The notes under the pieces were generated by a model that had not been told where the DNA came from, made no database searches, and saw only the letters and a list, made by a program, of their open reading frames with translations. 64,000 nt of DNA from Spirochaetia bacterium (GTDB taxonomy: Bacteria; Spirochaetota; Spirochaetia; DSM-2461): the NCBI GenBank assembly GCA_963666985.2, contig CAXXIA010000002.1, positions 2,080,001 to 2,144,000 on the forward strand, given 5' to 3'. Position 1 is the stretch's first letter. Each line of letters opens with the position of its first letter. A program made the position numbers and the translations under genes. Positions 1-8,909 of the stretch are shown one piece after another.

Positions 1-695
1 CCGGCGGAGCCCGGGGAATCGGTTGGGACATCGTGACGAAATTCGTCGAGGCCGGGGCGGCCAAAGTTTACGCTTGCGATGTGAACACGGACGGAGTGGA
101 AGCCTCCGAGGTTGTGGTACCGTATGTCTTGAACGTGACCGATCCGGAAGGAATCGCGAAATTCACCGAGAAGGTTCTGGCCGATGAGGGCCGCATCGAT
201 GTTCTGGTGAACAATGCCGGCATTACCCGCGATGGACTTCTTGCCAACACATCCGACGAGGACTGGGATTTGGTGGTTTCGGTGAACCTGAAGGGTGTGT
301 TCAACATGACCCGCGCCATCGGTCCGAAAATGACCTCCGCCGGATCCGGCTGCATTATCAACATGGCCTCGGTTGTGGGGATGGACGGCAATGTCGGGCA
401 GACCAATTATTCGGCCACCAAGGCCGGTGTTATCGGCATGACAAAAACCTGGGCCAAGGAACTGGCCCGAAAAGGCGCCCAAGTGCGGGTGAACGCGGTT
501 GCTCCGGGATTCATCAGAACGCCGATGACCGATAAAGTTCCTCAGAAGGTTTTGGACTTGATGGTTTCCAATACGGTTTTGGGCCGAATGGGAGAATCGG
601 ACGACGTGGCCAAGGCCGTGCGGTTTTTGGCTTCCGAGGATGCTTCGTTCATTACGGGGCAAACTCTGCGCGTGGACGGCTGTCTGAAGCTGTAA
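1..695 (+). CDS. fabG: 3-oxoacyl-ACP/acetoacetyl-CoA reductase (SDR, FabG-like), 5' end outside window
   Basis: Frame open from position 3 (GGARGIG NAD(P) motif); NNAGITRD, YSATK catalytic motif, VNAVAPGFI. Confidence 0.85.
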   Translation, partial: GGARGIGWDIVTKFVEAGAAKVYACDVNTDGVEASEVVVPYVLNVTDPEGIAKFTEKVLADEGRIDVLVNNAGITRDGLLANTSDEDWDLVVSVNLKGVFNMTRAIGPKMTSAGSGCIINMASVVGMDGNVGQTNYSATKAGVIGMTKTWAKELARKGAQVRVNAVAPGFIRTPMTDKVPQKVLDLMVSNTVLGRMGESDDVAKAVRFLASEDASFITGQTLRVDGCLKL

Positions 696-925
696 GGACC
701 GATGCGCCGCACCGGAGCACCGGAGCGCTTTTTCGGTGCGGCGGCCGGGACTCAATGCCGTGGCGCGGTAAGGCCGCCATATGCCTGCCGGATGGGAAGC
801 CCCGGCGGGGATAAAAGTGATTTCCGGAATGGGCCGCCTGAATCGGATTGACCGGCCCGAGACGATGCCGGAGAAGGTATGGGCCGCGCGGCTTCGGGGG
901 TCGTTTGAAGATAAGGAGAAGAATT

Positions 926-2245
926 GTGAAGTGGGAAGCCGAATACAAAAAGAAACTTCTTTCCATGGACGAGGCTGTGGCAAGGATGCCGAAGAAGGGC
1001 GTTGTTGTGATGGGCATGGCGTCCATGGAAACGCAAGGGTTCATGAGCCGGATTCACGAGTACGCCGACCATTTCGAGTTTCTGCGCATTATCAGCTGTT
1101 TGAATCTGTCCAATTATCCTTTCTGCGAGGAAAAACGGTACGAGGGCACGTTCTATAACGAGAATTGGTTTTACGGTCCTTCGAATCGGGCGGCGGCGAA
1201 GAACGGTTATGATTTGGTTACCTTCATTCCCAATAATCTGCATCAGGCCGGGACGAACAGGCTCAAGGCGCTGAAAGACGAAGGGGTGCATATTACCTAT
1301 TGGGGCCCTTCGACGCCGATGCAGGGGAAGACGGGTTTCTTTAATCTCGGTCTTTCCAATGTGTATGAGATGGAGGTGCTCGAAGCGGCCGACATGGTGG
1401 TGATGGAGGCCAATCCGAAGATTCCGTGGATTCACGGAGATACCCAGATTCATATCGACCAGGTGGATTTCATCGTTGAATACGATAAGGCTCCGCCGAC
1501 TCTTCCCCTGGTGGAGCCGGGGCCGGTGGAAACGCAAATCGCCGAGCATATCGCCGAACTTGTGCCCGACGGCGCCACGCTGCAGATCGGTATCGGAGGC
1601 ATTCCCAACGCCGTGGCTTCGCTTTTGAAGGGCAAGAAGGATTTGGGCGTGCATACCGAGATGTTCACCGAGAGCATGATCGATCTTTTTGAAGGCGGTA
1701 CAATAACCAATCGGAAGAAGAGTCTGTGGCCCGGAAAATTCGTCTGTACGTTCGCCTTGGGTTCGCAGAGGATGTACGATTGGCTGGACAACAATCCGGG
1801 TGTGTTCATCCTTAGGGGCAATTACGTGAATAAACCCGAGGTGCTCGGTCAAAACAGTCTGATGACTTCGATCAATACCGCCATGTCCGTGGATTTGACC
1901 GGTCAGGTGGCGTCCGAATCCATCGGTCCGGTTCAGTATTCGGGCACCGGGGGACAGCTGGATACGCACAGGGGCGCGCAGATGGCCGAGGGCGGCAAGG
2001 GAATCATCGCCCTGAAATCCACGGCGAAGAAGGGGAGTCTTTCCACGATCGTACCCTTGCTGCCGCAAGGTTCGATGATTACCGTGCCCCGGCAGGATTT
2101 GGATTGGGTAACGACCGAATACGGTGCGGTGCAGCTTCGCGGCCGGACCGTGGCCGAGCGGGCGCGGAAGATGATTTCCATCGCCCATCCCGATTTCCGT
2201 GCGTCTTTGGAAGAGGAGGCGAGGAAGATCGGGTTTCTGTGCTGA
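926..2245 (+). CDS. Acetyl-CoA hydrolase/transferase (4-hydroxybutyrate CoA-transferase family)
   Basis: LQIGIGGIP, GVHTEM, SGTGGQLD, VTTEYG motifs; start moved to GTG 926 after AAGGAG RBS (913-918). Confidence 0.9.
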   Translation: MKWEAEYKKKLLSMDEAVARMPKKGVVVMGMASMETQGFMSRIHEYADHFEFLRIISCLNLSNYPFCEEKRYEGTFYNENWFYGPSNRAAAKNGYDLVTFIPNNLHQAGTNRLKALKDEGVHITYWGPSTPMQGKTGFFNLGLSNVYEMEVLEAADMVVMEANPKIPWIHGDTQIHIDQVDFIVEYDKAPPTLPLVEPGPVETQIAEHIAELVPDGATLQIGIGGIPNAVASLLKGKKDLGVHTEMFTESMIDLFEGGTITNRKKSLWPGKFVCTFALGSQRMYDWLDNNPGVFILRGNYVNKPEVLGQNSLMTSINTAMSVDLTGQVASESIGPVQYSGTGGQLDTHRGAQMAEGGKGIIALKSTAKKGSLSTIVPLLPQGSMITVPRQDLDWVTTEYGAVQLRGRTVAERARKMISIAHPDFRASLEEEARKIGFLC

Positions 2246-2279
2246 TTCGGAGGGTACATCCCGGTTTCCTTAGGAGTGA

Positions 2280-3056
2280 ATGATGGAAGAGCTGGCTGTC
2301 CTTATTCTCGGTCTTTCCATGAGGTATTTCGCCGCGGGGAATCCCGGCGATCCGGTAGTGCTGTACATTCACGGAAATCTCGGATCGGGAATCTGGTACG
2401 AGAACGTCATGGACGTTCGCGGCTTCCGGACGGTTGCGCCGGATATGCCCAACTTTGGATTCTCGGATGCGTCCGGGGACTATTCCATGGCTTCTTACGC
2501 ACGGTATATCGCGGGATTTATTGATGAGGTTCTGGGCGGAGAGGCCTGCACGGTTGTCGGACACAGTCTCGGCGGTGTGGTGGCGATGGAGTTGGCCGCG
2601 ACTCGTCCGGAGCTGATCGAGAGACTGCTTTTGGTTTCTCCCGGACCCATTGACGGGCTGCATACGCCAACGTCCCATTATCCGGCGATCGAACGCTACA
2701 AAACGGATCGGGATTTTCTCAAAGCGGGTTTGAAGATGGTTACTCCGTTTCTGAAAGATGAAGATTTTTTGGAGAGGATAACGGATATGGCCTTTAGGAT
2801 GGATCAGGGAGCGTTTCTGGGGAATCCGAAGGCTTTGGAAATTGATTTGCGTGATCGGCTGGGAAAACTTCCTTTTCCGGCTTTGCTGATTCGCGGTGAT
2901 GCGGACATCATTATCACGCAAGATATGGCCCGGCGAACGGCGGAGCATCTGGGCGCCGATTTCAAGCCCATACCCAATTGCGGTCATTCGCCCATGGCGG
3001 AACGTCCCGAGGTATTCCTTAGAATTCTCAAATCGTTTTTAAGAAGGGAGTCTTAG
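2280..3056 (+). CDS. Alpha/beta-fold hydrolase
   Basis: HG oxyanion motif, GHSLGG nucleophile elbow, Asp (GDAD) and His (CGHSP); true start may be ATG 2319. Confidence 0.85.
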   Translation: MMEELAVLILGLSMRYFAAGNPGDPVVLYIHGNLGSGIWYENVMDVRGFRTVAPDMPNFGFSDASGDYSMASYARYIAGFIDEVLGGEACTVVGHSLGGVVAMELAATRPELIERLLLVSPGPIDGLHTPTSHYPAIERYKTDRDFLKAGLKMVTPFLKDEDFLERITDMAFRMDQGAFLGNPKALEIDLRDRLGKLPFPALLIRGDADIIITQDMARRTAEHLGADFKPIPNCGHSPMAERPEVFLRILKSFLRRES

Positions 3057-3064
3057 ATCGGCTC

Positions 3065-4198
3065 ATGGCAAAGGATACCCGTCGAAAGTTGATTTCCTCC
3101 GCTCTTTTCCTTTTCAGCGAGCAGTGGTATGAAACCGTCTCCATTGCGGAGATTTGCCGGAACGCGGGACTGTCCAACGGAGTTTTCTACAGGTATTTCA
3201 AAGACAAGAAAGCGCTGTTTCTTGAAATCGTCTTCGAATTCATTGAGAAGTTTGAAGCGGATCTTTCCATTGTCGGGCGAAAAGGTTCCATTCGCGCGAA
3301 TCTCGTGGAGTTCCTGATAATAACAGTGGGAGTGGCCAGGCGCTACGGACGGGAAGTTTCGGTTTTCCGGGAGGGCCAGTATCGGTTCCTCGATTTGGAG
3401 AAGCGTCTTCGGGACATGTACATGAGTGCCCTGCGCCGTGTTTTTAATCGAACCTTAAGCGAAGCCGAATATCTTTACGCCATGGGCGGAGTACGGTTCC
3501 TGGCAACCCGAAACATCTATGATGCCGTTGATGTGGATGAGGAATTTCTCGCGGACATCATTCTGAAAGGAGTTTTCAACGGAGGCGGTCTGCCGGATGC
3601 ACCCGATCCGGGGGTTTTGGAGGCGGCTTTGGATTTCGGAGATGCGTCGCCAACGCACGTCAAGCTTGCCGAGGCGGGTATGGCCCTGTTCGGTGAGAGG
3701 GGTTATTACGATGTGGGCGTATCCGAAATATGCCTGACGGCGGGTCTTTCGGTCGGTACGTTTTATCAGCATTTCGCAACCAAGGATGAGTTTCTCGATT
3801 ATCTGGTTAGGGTGATCGGCCACTCGGTTCGCTATTTCCTTTCTAAGGTGGATTTATCCGGAGACCGGCTGCATCGCGAGGTAATGGGTATGGCGTATTT
3901 CGTCAGATATTTCGCCGCTCGGCCGGGATTTTATTCCATCGTCCGACAGGCCGAGTTCGTGACCGAAAGCTGGGTTCGGGATTACTACAATCGCTTTGAA
4001 TCCGGGTACCGAAGGAACTTGAATATTACCGATGAGAAAAAAGCGTGTACGACGGCTAATTTTCTGATGGGTCTTTCGCACTATTTGGGAATCGAAGTGA
4101 TTTTTTCGGATCGGGTTGCCGATTTGAACAAGATCCTCGCGACCTTGGGAAGATTCCTGCGGAACGGAATTTGTCCCGGGGACGGCGGAGGAACATAA
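3065..4198 (+). CDS. TetR/AcrR regulator with two tandem TetR modules
   Basis: Two HTH signatures: EICRNAGLSNGVFYRYF and EICLTAGLSVGTFYQHF. Confidence 0.85.
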   Translation: MAKDTRRKLISSALFLFSEQWYETVSIAEICRNAGLSNGVFYRYFKDKKALFLEIVFEFIEKFEADLSIVGRKGSIRANLVEFLIITVGVARRYGREVSVFREGQYRFLDLEKRLRDMYMSALRRVFNRTLSEAEYLYAMGGVRFLATRNIYDAVDVDEEFLADIILKGVFNGGGLPDAPDPGVLEAALDFGDASPTHVKLAEAGMALFGERGYYDVGVSEICLTAGLSVGTFYQHFATKDEFLDYLVRVIGHSVRYFLSKVDLSGDRLHREVMGMAYFVRYFAARPGFYSIVRQAEFVTESWVRDYYNRFESGYRRNLNITDEKKACTTANFLMGLSHYLGIEVIFSDRVADLNKILATLGRFLRNGICPGDGGGT

Positions 4199-4249
4199 GG
4201 CCGGAAACCGACTGCCGGCATTGAATAAACGGGAAAGAGGTTTAAGTCT

Positions 4250-5245
4250 ATGAAGATTCTCGGAACCGGCGTGTATGCGCCCGGCCCCCCATTAAGCCAT
4301 CGTGATGTTATGGATAAAACCGGTGTTGAGTTCGACGCCGAGAAAGTAACGGCGAAGCTCGGTATTGAAGCGCGGCATATCGCGCATTTGTCGGGAGTAA
4401 AAGAGACCACAGCCGATTTCGCCGAGAAGGCCGGTCGGGCCGCCCTTGAAGACGCCGGTGTATCGGCCGAAGATGTGGGGCTTTTCGTTGTTGGAACCGA
4501 TACGCCCGAGTTTATTTCGCCGGCTACGGCCATCGTGGTGCAGGGGCGGCTTCAAGGCGGCCAGAGGTTTTCCGGATCGTACGATGTGGGCGCCAGCTGT
4601 TCCAGTTTCGTCACTGCTCTCAAATGCGCTTCGGATGCGTTAACGGCGGATCCGTCCATCGGATATGCCCTTGTAATCGGCGTGTACAACATGCCCGCGT
4701 ATTTTCGCCCGGACGATGCGTTCGGATATTCCATTTTCGCCGACGGAGCGGGTGCGTGGCTGATTGGTCCCGATGAGGGAGAGAGCAGGATGCTCGCCGC
4801 GCAGATGCTCAGCGACGGAACCCAATGGGATTATGTGGGCGTGTATTCGGGCGGAACGAAACAGCCGGTAACGCCGGAGAGAATCGCTGAAGGAAAATAC
4901 GGTCTTGAGCTGCTGCAGCGTCTGCCGGGCGATAGGAACGTGAAGCTCTGGCCGGAAGTTTTGGATGCGCTGATGAAGAAAGCGGGAATGGCGAGGGACG
5001 GGGCGGATCATTATCTTTTTACGCAGATAAACCGCGCCGTTATCGAGGAAGTGATGGGCATTATCGGACTGCCCATGGAGCGCACCACTTGCGTTATGGA
5101 CCGATACGGCTACACCGGTTCGGGCTGTATTCCCATGGCGTTTCACCATGCCGTAAAAGAGGGCCGGGTGAATCGAGGCGATTCGGTGATGATGATGGCT
5201 TCCGGTGCCGGTTTGGCCGTTAGTTCGGCGCTGTTCCGTTATTAG
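4250..5245 (+). CDS. FabH/KAS III-fold enzyme with altered catalytic triad
   Basis: KAS III architecture (GTGVYAP, PATAIVVQ, FADGAGA); catalytic Cys in GASCSS, but TQIN and GYTGS replace HQAN and GNTS. Confidence 0.85.
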   Translation: MKILGTGVYAPGPPLSHRDVMDKTGVEFDAEKVTAKLGIEARHIAHLSGVKETTADFAEKAGRAALEDAGVSAEDVGLFVVGTDTPEFISPATAIVVQGRLQGGQRFSGSYDVGASCSSFVTALKCASDALTADPSIGYALVIGVYNMPAYFRPDDAFGYSIFADGAGAWLIGPDEGESRMLAAQMLSDGTQWDYVGVYSGGTKQPVTPERIAEGKYGLELLQRLPGDRNVKLWPEVLDALMKKAGMARDGADHYLFTQINRAVIEEVMGIIGLPMERTTCVMDRYGYTGSGCIPMAFHHAVKEGRVNRGDSVMMMASGAGLAVSSALFRY

Positions 5246-5814
5246 CCGAGGATTATATCTTCCAGTCGCCGTTTCGGAACGTGATGAACATTCTCTTCAT
5301 CCCGGTAGTAGCGGATATCTCCTCCGTCTTCGATTTCCTCAATAACGACTTTTTCCTTTGGTTTTCCGAGGGCAATCACATAGATTAGTTCGTACCGTTC
5401 GGAAATGGAGAGTACCGAGGCGAGAGCTTTCCTTTTTATGGAACCGAATATACAGCCGCCGAGTCCCCGCTCGACGGCACCGAGAAGGATGGTCTGCATC
5501 GCGATGCCGGCGTCCACTTCCTGCATGCCGTGAATCTCGGTATCGTTCAGCACGATGATGTAGGCCGAAGGGCGTTCACCTTCCTCCGGTCCGTCCCAGT
5601 CTTTCAGATACCCGGCCCAGACCAGGGTATCGAAGACTTCTGCGTTTTTTTTAGGTTCGTTCGACAGTATGTAGCGAAGGGGCTGAACGTTTTTTCCCGA
5701 CGGGACATTCACGGCGAGACCCAAGAGCTCCTTCAGCGTTTCCTCGGTAATGGTGTAATCCTGATGGAAACGCCGGTATGATCTGTTCTTTCTGATGATT
5801 TCTTCGATATCCAC
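5242..5814 (-). CDS. Nitroreductase family protein
   Basis: RSYRRF, PSGKNVQP, DAGIAMQTILLGAVERGLGGC. Confidence 0.9.
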   Translation of the reverse strand: MDIEEIIRKNRSYRRFHQDYTITEETLKELLGLAVNVPSGKNVQPLRYILSNEPKKNAEVFDTLVWAGYLKDWDGPEEGERPSAYIIVLNDTEIHGMQEVDAGIAMQTILLGAVERGLGGCIFGSIKRKALASVLSISERYELIYVIALGKPKEKVVIEEIEDGGDIRYYRDEENVHHVPKRRLEDIILG

Positions 5815-5886
5815 TCTTAAGCTCCTTCCGCGGAATGCGGCCCGCTTGAACCATTGTACGGGAAAAGGTGCTCCGTGCGGAAATTA

Positions 5887-7755
5887 TCAGACTTCGGTCG
5901 ATTCAACGGTAAAACGGCCGACTTCGGACCGCAGCAGTTCGGAACTTGTTTCCATGGTTTTGATTTGCAGCCGAACGTCTTTCAATAAAGAGCTGACTTG
6001 ATTTTGCTTTTCCTTAAGGTCCGCCGCGGACGATGAAGTTTCGGCGGCATCGCTGCGGATGGCGCTGATTCCCCGGGAAAGATTGGCGGTTTCTTTCTTA
6101 ATATCTCCGGATCCCTCCCTTACCCGAGTGGATGAATCGCTGAGTGTCGACATGGCTTCCAGAATCTGCGTTCCGCCGACCTGAAGTTCGGACATATTCA
6201 CAACGATTTCTTCAAACGCCTTGTTGACGTCTTCTATCGTTTTGTAGATTTTCTCATAGCTTTGGCTGGTCGTGGTGCTGATTTCTACGGCGGATCCGAT
6301 ATCACCGATGATTTTACTCAGCATGTCTCCGATTTCCATGGACTGCCCGGCTGTTGTTTCGGCCAATTTCCTGATTTCATCGGCCACGACGGCGAATCCC
6401 CGGCCGGCGTCTCCGGCGTGAGCCGCTTCGATGGCGGCATTCATGGCCAAGAGATTCGTCTGGCTGGCAATTCCCTTTATGATGTCGGTCATTTCCCTAA
6501 TAGCGTCCACTTGAGTGCTGATTCGCTGAACCGCTTCGGTTGAAGAGAGCAGCTGATCGCGGCTTTCGGCCGCCGAATGGAGCAGGGTGCGTGAAGCCTC
6601 GCCTTTATCGCGGCTGACTCTGGTAACATTGTCGATGGAGCTGATCATCTCCTGTACCGCGGCTGTTGATTCTTCCACCATGGCCACCTGTTCCTGGACC
6701 TGCATGTCGAATCCCGTCGATTTGGAATCGATGGCCTCCACGGAGTTCTGGAAGTTCTTCACTTCTTCTTCAAGAGCCCCGGAGAGTTCATCCAGCCGGG
6801 ATGCGACGGATTCGATCATGCTCATGGCGTCTCCGGAAGCTTGAACCGAATCGGAAACGGAGTTTTTTATCCCCAACAGAGTCCCGGTTTCTTTCTGAAT
6901 CTTTCCGATGATGCCGGAGAGCGAACCTGTGAAGTCGTTAAACGCCCCGGCGACCCTGGAGACTTCGTCTCCCTTGGCGGAATCCAGCTTTTTCGTCAGG
7001 TCGCCATCGCCTTCCGCTATATCGACAAGGGCGTCCCTAAGGTTTTTCAAGGGTCTGACGATGGCTCTCGAAAGGATGACGGCCGTGCCGATAAGTCCGA
7101 GAATCATCAGGATAACGGCGCAGGTTGCGATAAAGAAAATTTCCTCTCTGTGCTTATGGGCGGCGCTTACGCTTGAAGCGGCTTTCGCTTCCGTCCATTC
7201 GGTGAGGTTGTTCAGAGAATCCCTCATTATGGTAAAGGAAAGGCTGTAATTATAACCGTTGTAGATCTCCTTGGCTTGGGAAATGCTTTCGGGATCTTTT
7301 TTTTCCAAGAGGTTGGCCAATTGTTCGGTCAGCTCCGACCACTCGGTAAAGTTTATCGAGAAAACATTCAAATTGGAGAGGAAATTATTATCCTTCTGTT
7401 CTTCCGGAAAGAGTTCTTCGAATTGGACGATTCGCTGCTGAATTTGGAGACTGTTTTCTCGGATTTCGGCGATGAGCCTCTTAAGTTTCTCACTGTCCGG
7501 CGTTCCGTCAAGGATCGTCCAGCCTTTATTGATTACTTCCCTGTGGGTGTCCAAGGCTTGAGCGACGGCCAGATTCGATTGGAACACATCCCGATCGGCA
7601 TTCAGAATCAAAGCGATTCCCGGAAGATCCCTATCGCCGATTTCGTTCGCATCCGCCATGATTTGCGTGGCTCTGTTGAAGGTGAAGAGCAAACTTCCCA
7701 TTCCTATGATGAAAATCAGTATCAGACCTGTAATGAGTTTTCCGCGTATCGACAT
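5887..7755 (-). CDS. Methyl-accepting chemotaxis protein (TM-periplasmic-TM-HAMP-MA)
   Basis: [38 protein letters not shown] signalling hairpin; two TM segments; HAMP. Confidence 0.95.
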   Translation of the reverse strand: MSIRGKLITGLILIFIIGMGSLLFTFNRATQIMADANEIGDRDLPGIALILNADRDVFQSNLAVAQALDTHREVINKGWTILDGTPDSEKLKRLIAEIRENSLQIQQRIVQFEELFPEEQKDNNFLSNLNVFSINFTEWSELTEQLANLLEKKDPESISQAKEIYNGYNYSLSFTIMRDSLNNLTEWTEAKAASSVSAAHKHREEIFFIATCAVILMILGLIGTAVILSRAIVRPLKNLRDALVDIAEGDGDLTKKLDSAKGDEVSRVAGAFNDFTGSLSGIIGKIQKETGTLLGIKNSVSDSVQASGDAMSMIESVASRLDELSGALEEEVKNFQNSVEAIDSKSTGFDMQVQEQVAMVEESTAAVQEMISSIDNVTRVSRDKGEASRTLLHSAAESRDQLLSSTEAVQRISTQVDAIREMTDIIKGIASQTNLLAMNAAIEAAHAGDAGRGFAVVADEIRKLAETTAGQSMEIGDMLSKIIGDIGSAVEISTTTSQSYEKIYKTIEDVNKAFEEIVVNMSELQVGGTQILEAMSTLSDSSTRVREGSGDIKKETANLSRGISAIRSDAAETSSSAADLKEKQNQVSSLLKDVRLQIKTMETSSELLRSEVGRFTVESTEV

Positions 7756-7914
7756 CTTCTTGAATTCCTTTGGGGTAGAGATTCTTCTTCAATGATACCG
7801 CATTTGTAGTTAATGCGTATAACCTCCCCGGGATAATTTATCTTTCGGGGTACGGAGGTGCTGCTGAAAGCCTTTTTCGGCAGGGAGCTGATTTAATTCA
7901 GTTCTTCAGAGTCT

Positions 7915-8899
7915 TCATGATTCTTCCAGAATACATTCCACCAAAGCTGCCGCGCCGATTAATCCGGAATCCTGGGAGAAGGCCGCCGGAACGATCCTCA
8001 TCGGTTTAACAATCATGTTTTTTACCCTTGCGGTATAATGCTTTTGGATAAGGTTCATATAGGAATCCCCTAAATTCATCAGTCCGCCCCCAAGAATGAC
8101 CATCTCCGGATTGAAAATCTGAAACATGTTGTAAACGAGTAATCCGACGTAAAAAGCCGAATGTTCCATGACAGCCCCGGCAACGGGGTCTCCATTATTG
8201 ATCAGTTCCTCCAGCAAGCGGCCGTCCAACTGCCTGCCTGCGGTGCGGTCGGGGAATTCTTCTGAAAAACGAACGGATAAAAGGTGACGCTGCTCATCAT
8301 ATTGCCGATTCATGCAGACTGTGGCCGCTTCACTCATAACGCATCCGTAGTTGCCGCAAGTGCATTGAATCCGAGAGTGTGGATTTACGATTGTGTGCCC
8401 AACCTCTCCCGCTGTTCCTGAATCGCCATGAACCAGTTTGCCGCCGATAATGATACCGGCACCGATTCCTGTGCTTACGGTAATGAAGAGCATATCGGAG
8501 ACTCCCTTGCCTGCTCCGAAGCGATGTTCTCCGCAGGCCTGGGCATTGGCGTCGTTATCGACGTAAACAGGAATGTTGAAGTGTTTTTGAAGTTCTTCTC
8601 GAATTGAAAACCCCTCGTAGCATTGAAAATTACTGGTAGTGATACAAGTGCCTTCGGGATAACGGAGATGGCCGGCAAATCCGACGCCCAAACCAATAAT
8701 ATCCGTTTCCGATATGTTGTTTTTTTTGCCAGAGTTTTTTGGTGGTTGACGCAATAAGTTCGATGGTTTCTTCCTCGCAGCAGCCGACATGTTCATAGAG
8801 AACTATTTTGTCGAGGAGATTTCCGTCTTGTGGATGTATCAGTCCGAGAGCAAGTTTTGTACCCCCGATATCAACGGCTGCCAACAGCTTTTTATCCAT
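7915..8899 (-). pseudogene. ROK-family sugar kinase split by a +1 frameshift in an A8 tract
   Basis: N-terminal ORF 8630-8899 has VDIGGTK; ORF 7915-8796 has NDANA, STGIGAG, EVGH and CTCGNYGC; removing one T from the T8 run 8720-8727 fuses them. Confidence 0.8.
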
Positions 8900-8909
8900 A
8901 GTTAGAATC

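Noticed and set aside
752..2188. 478-aa minus-strand ORF
   Set aside because: Antisense shadow of the CoA-transferase gene; no recognisable motifs
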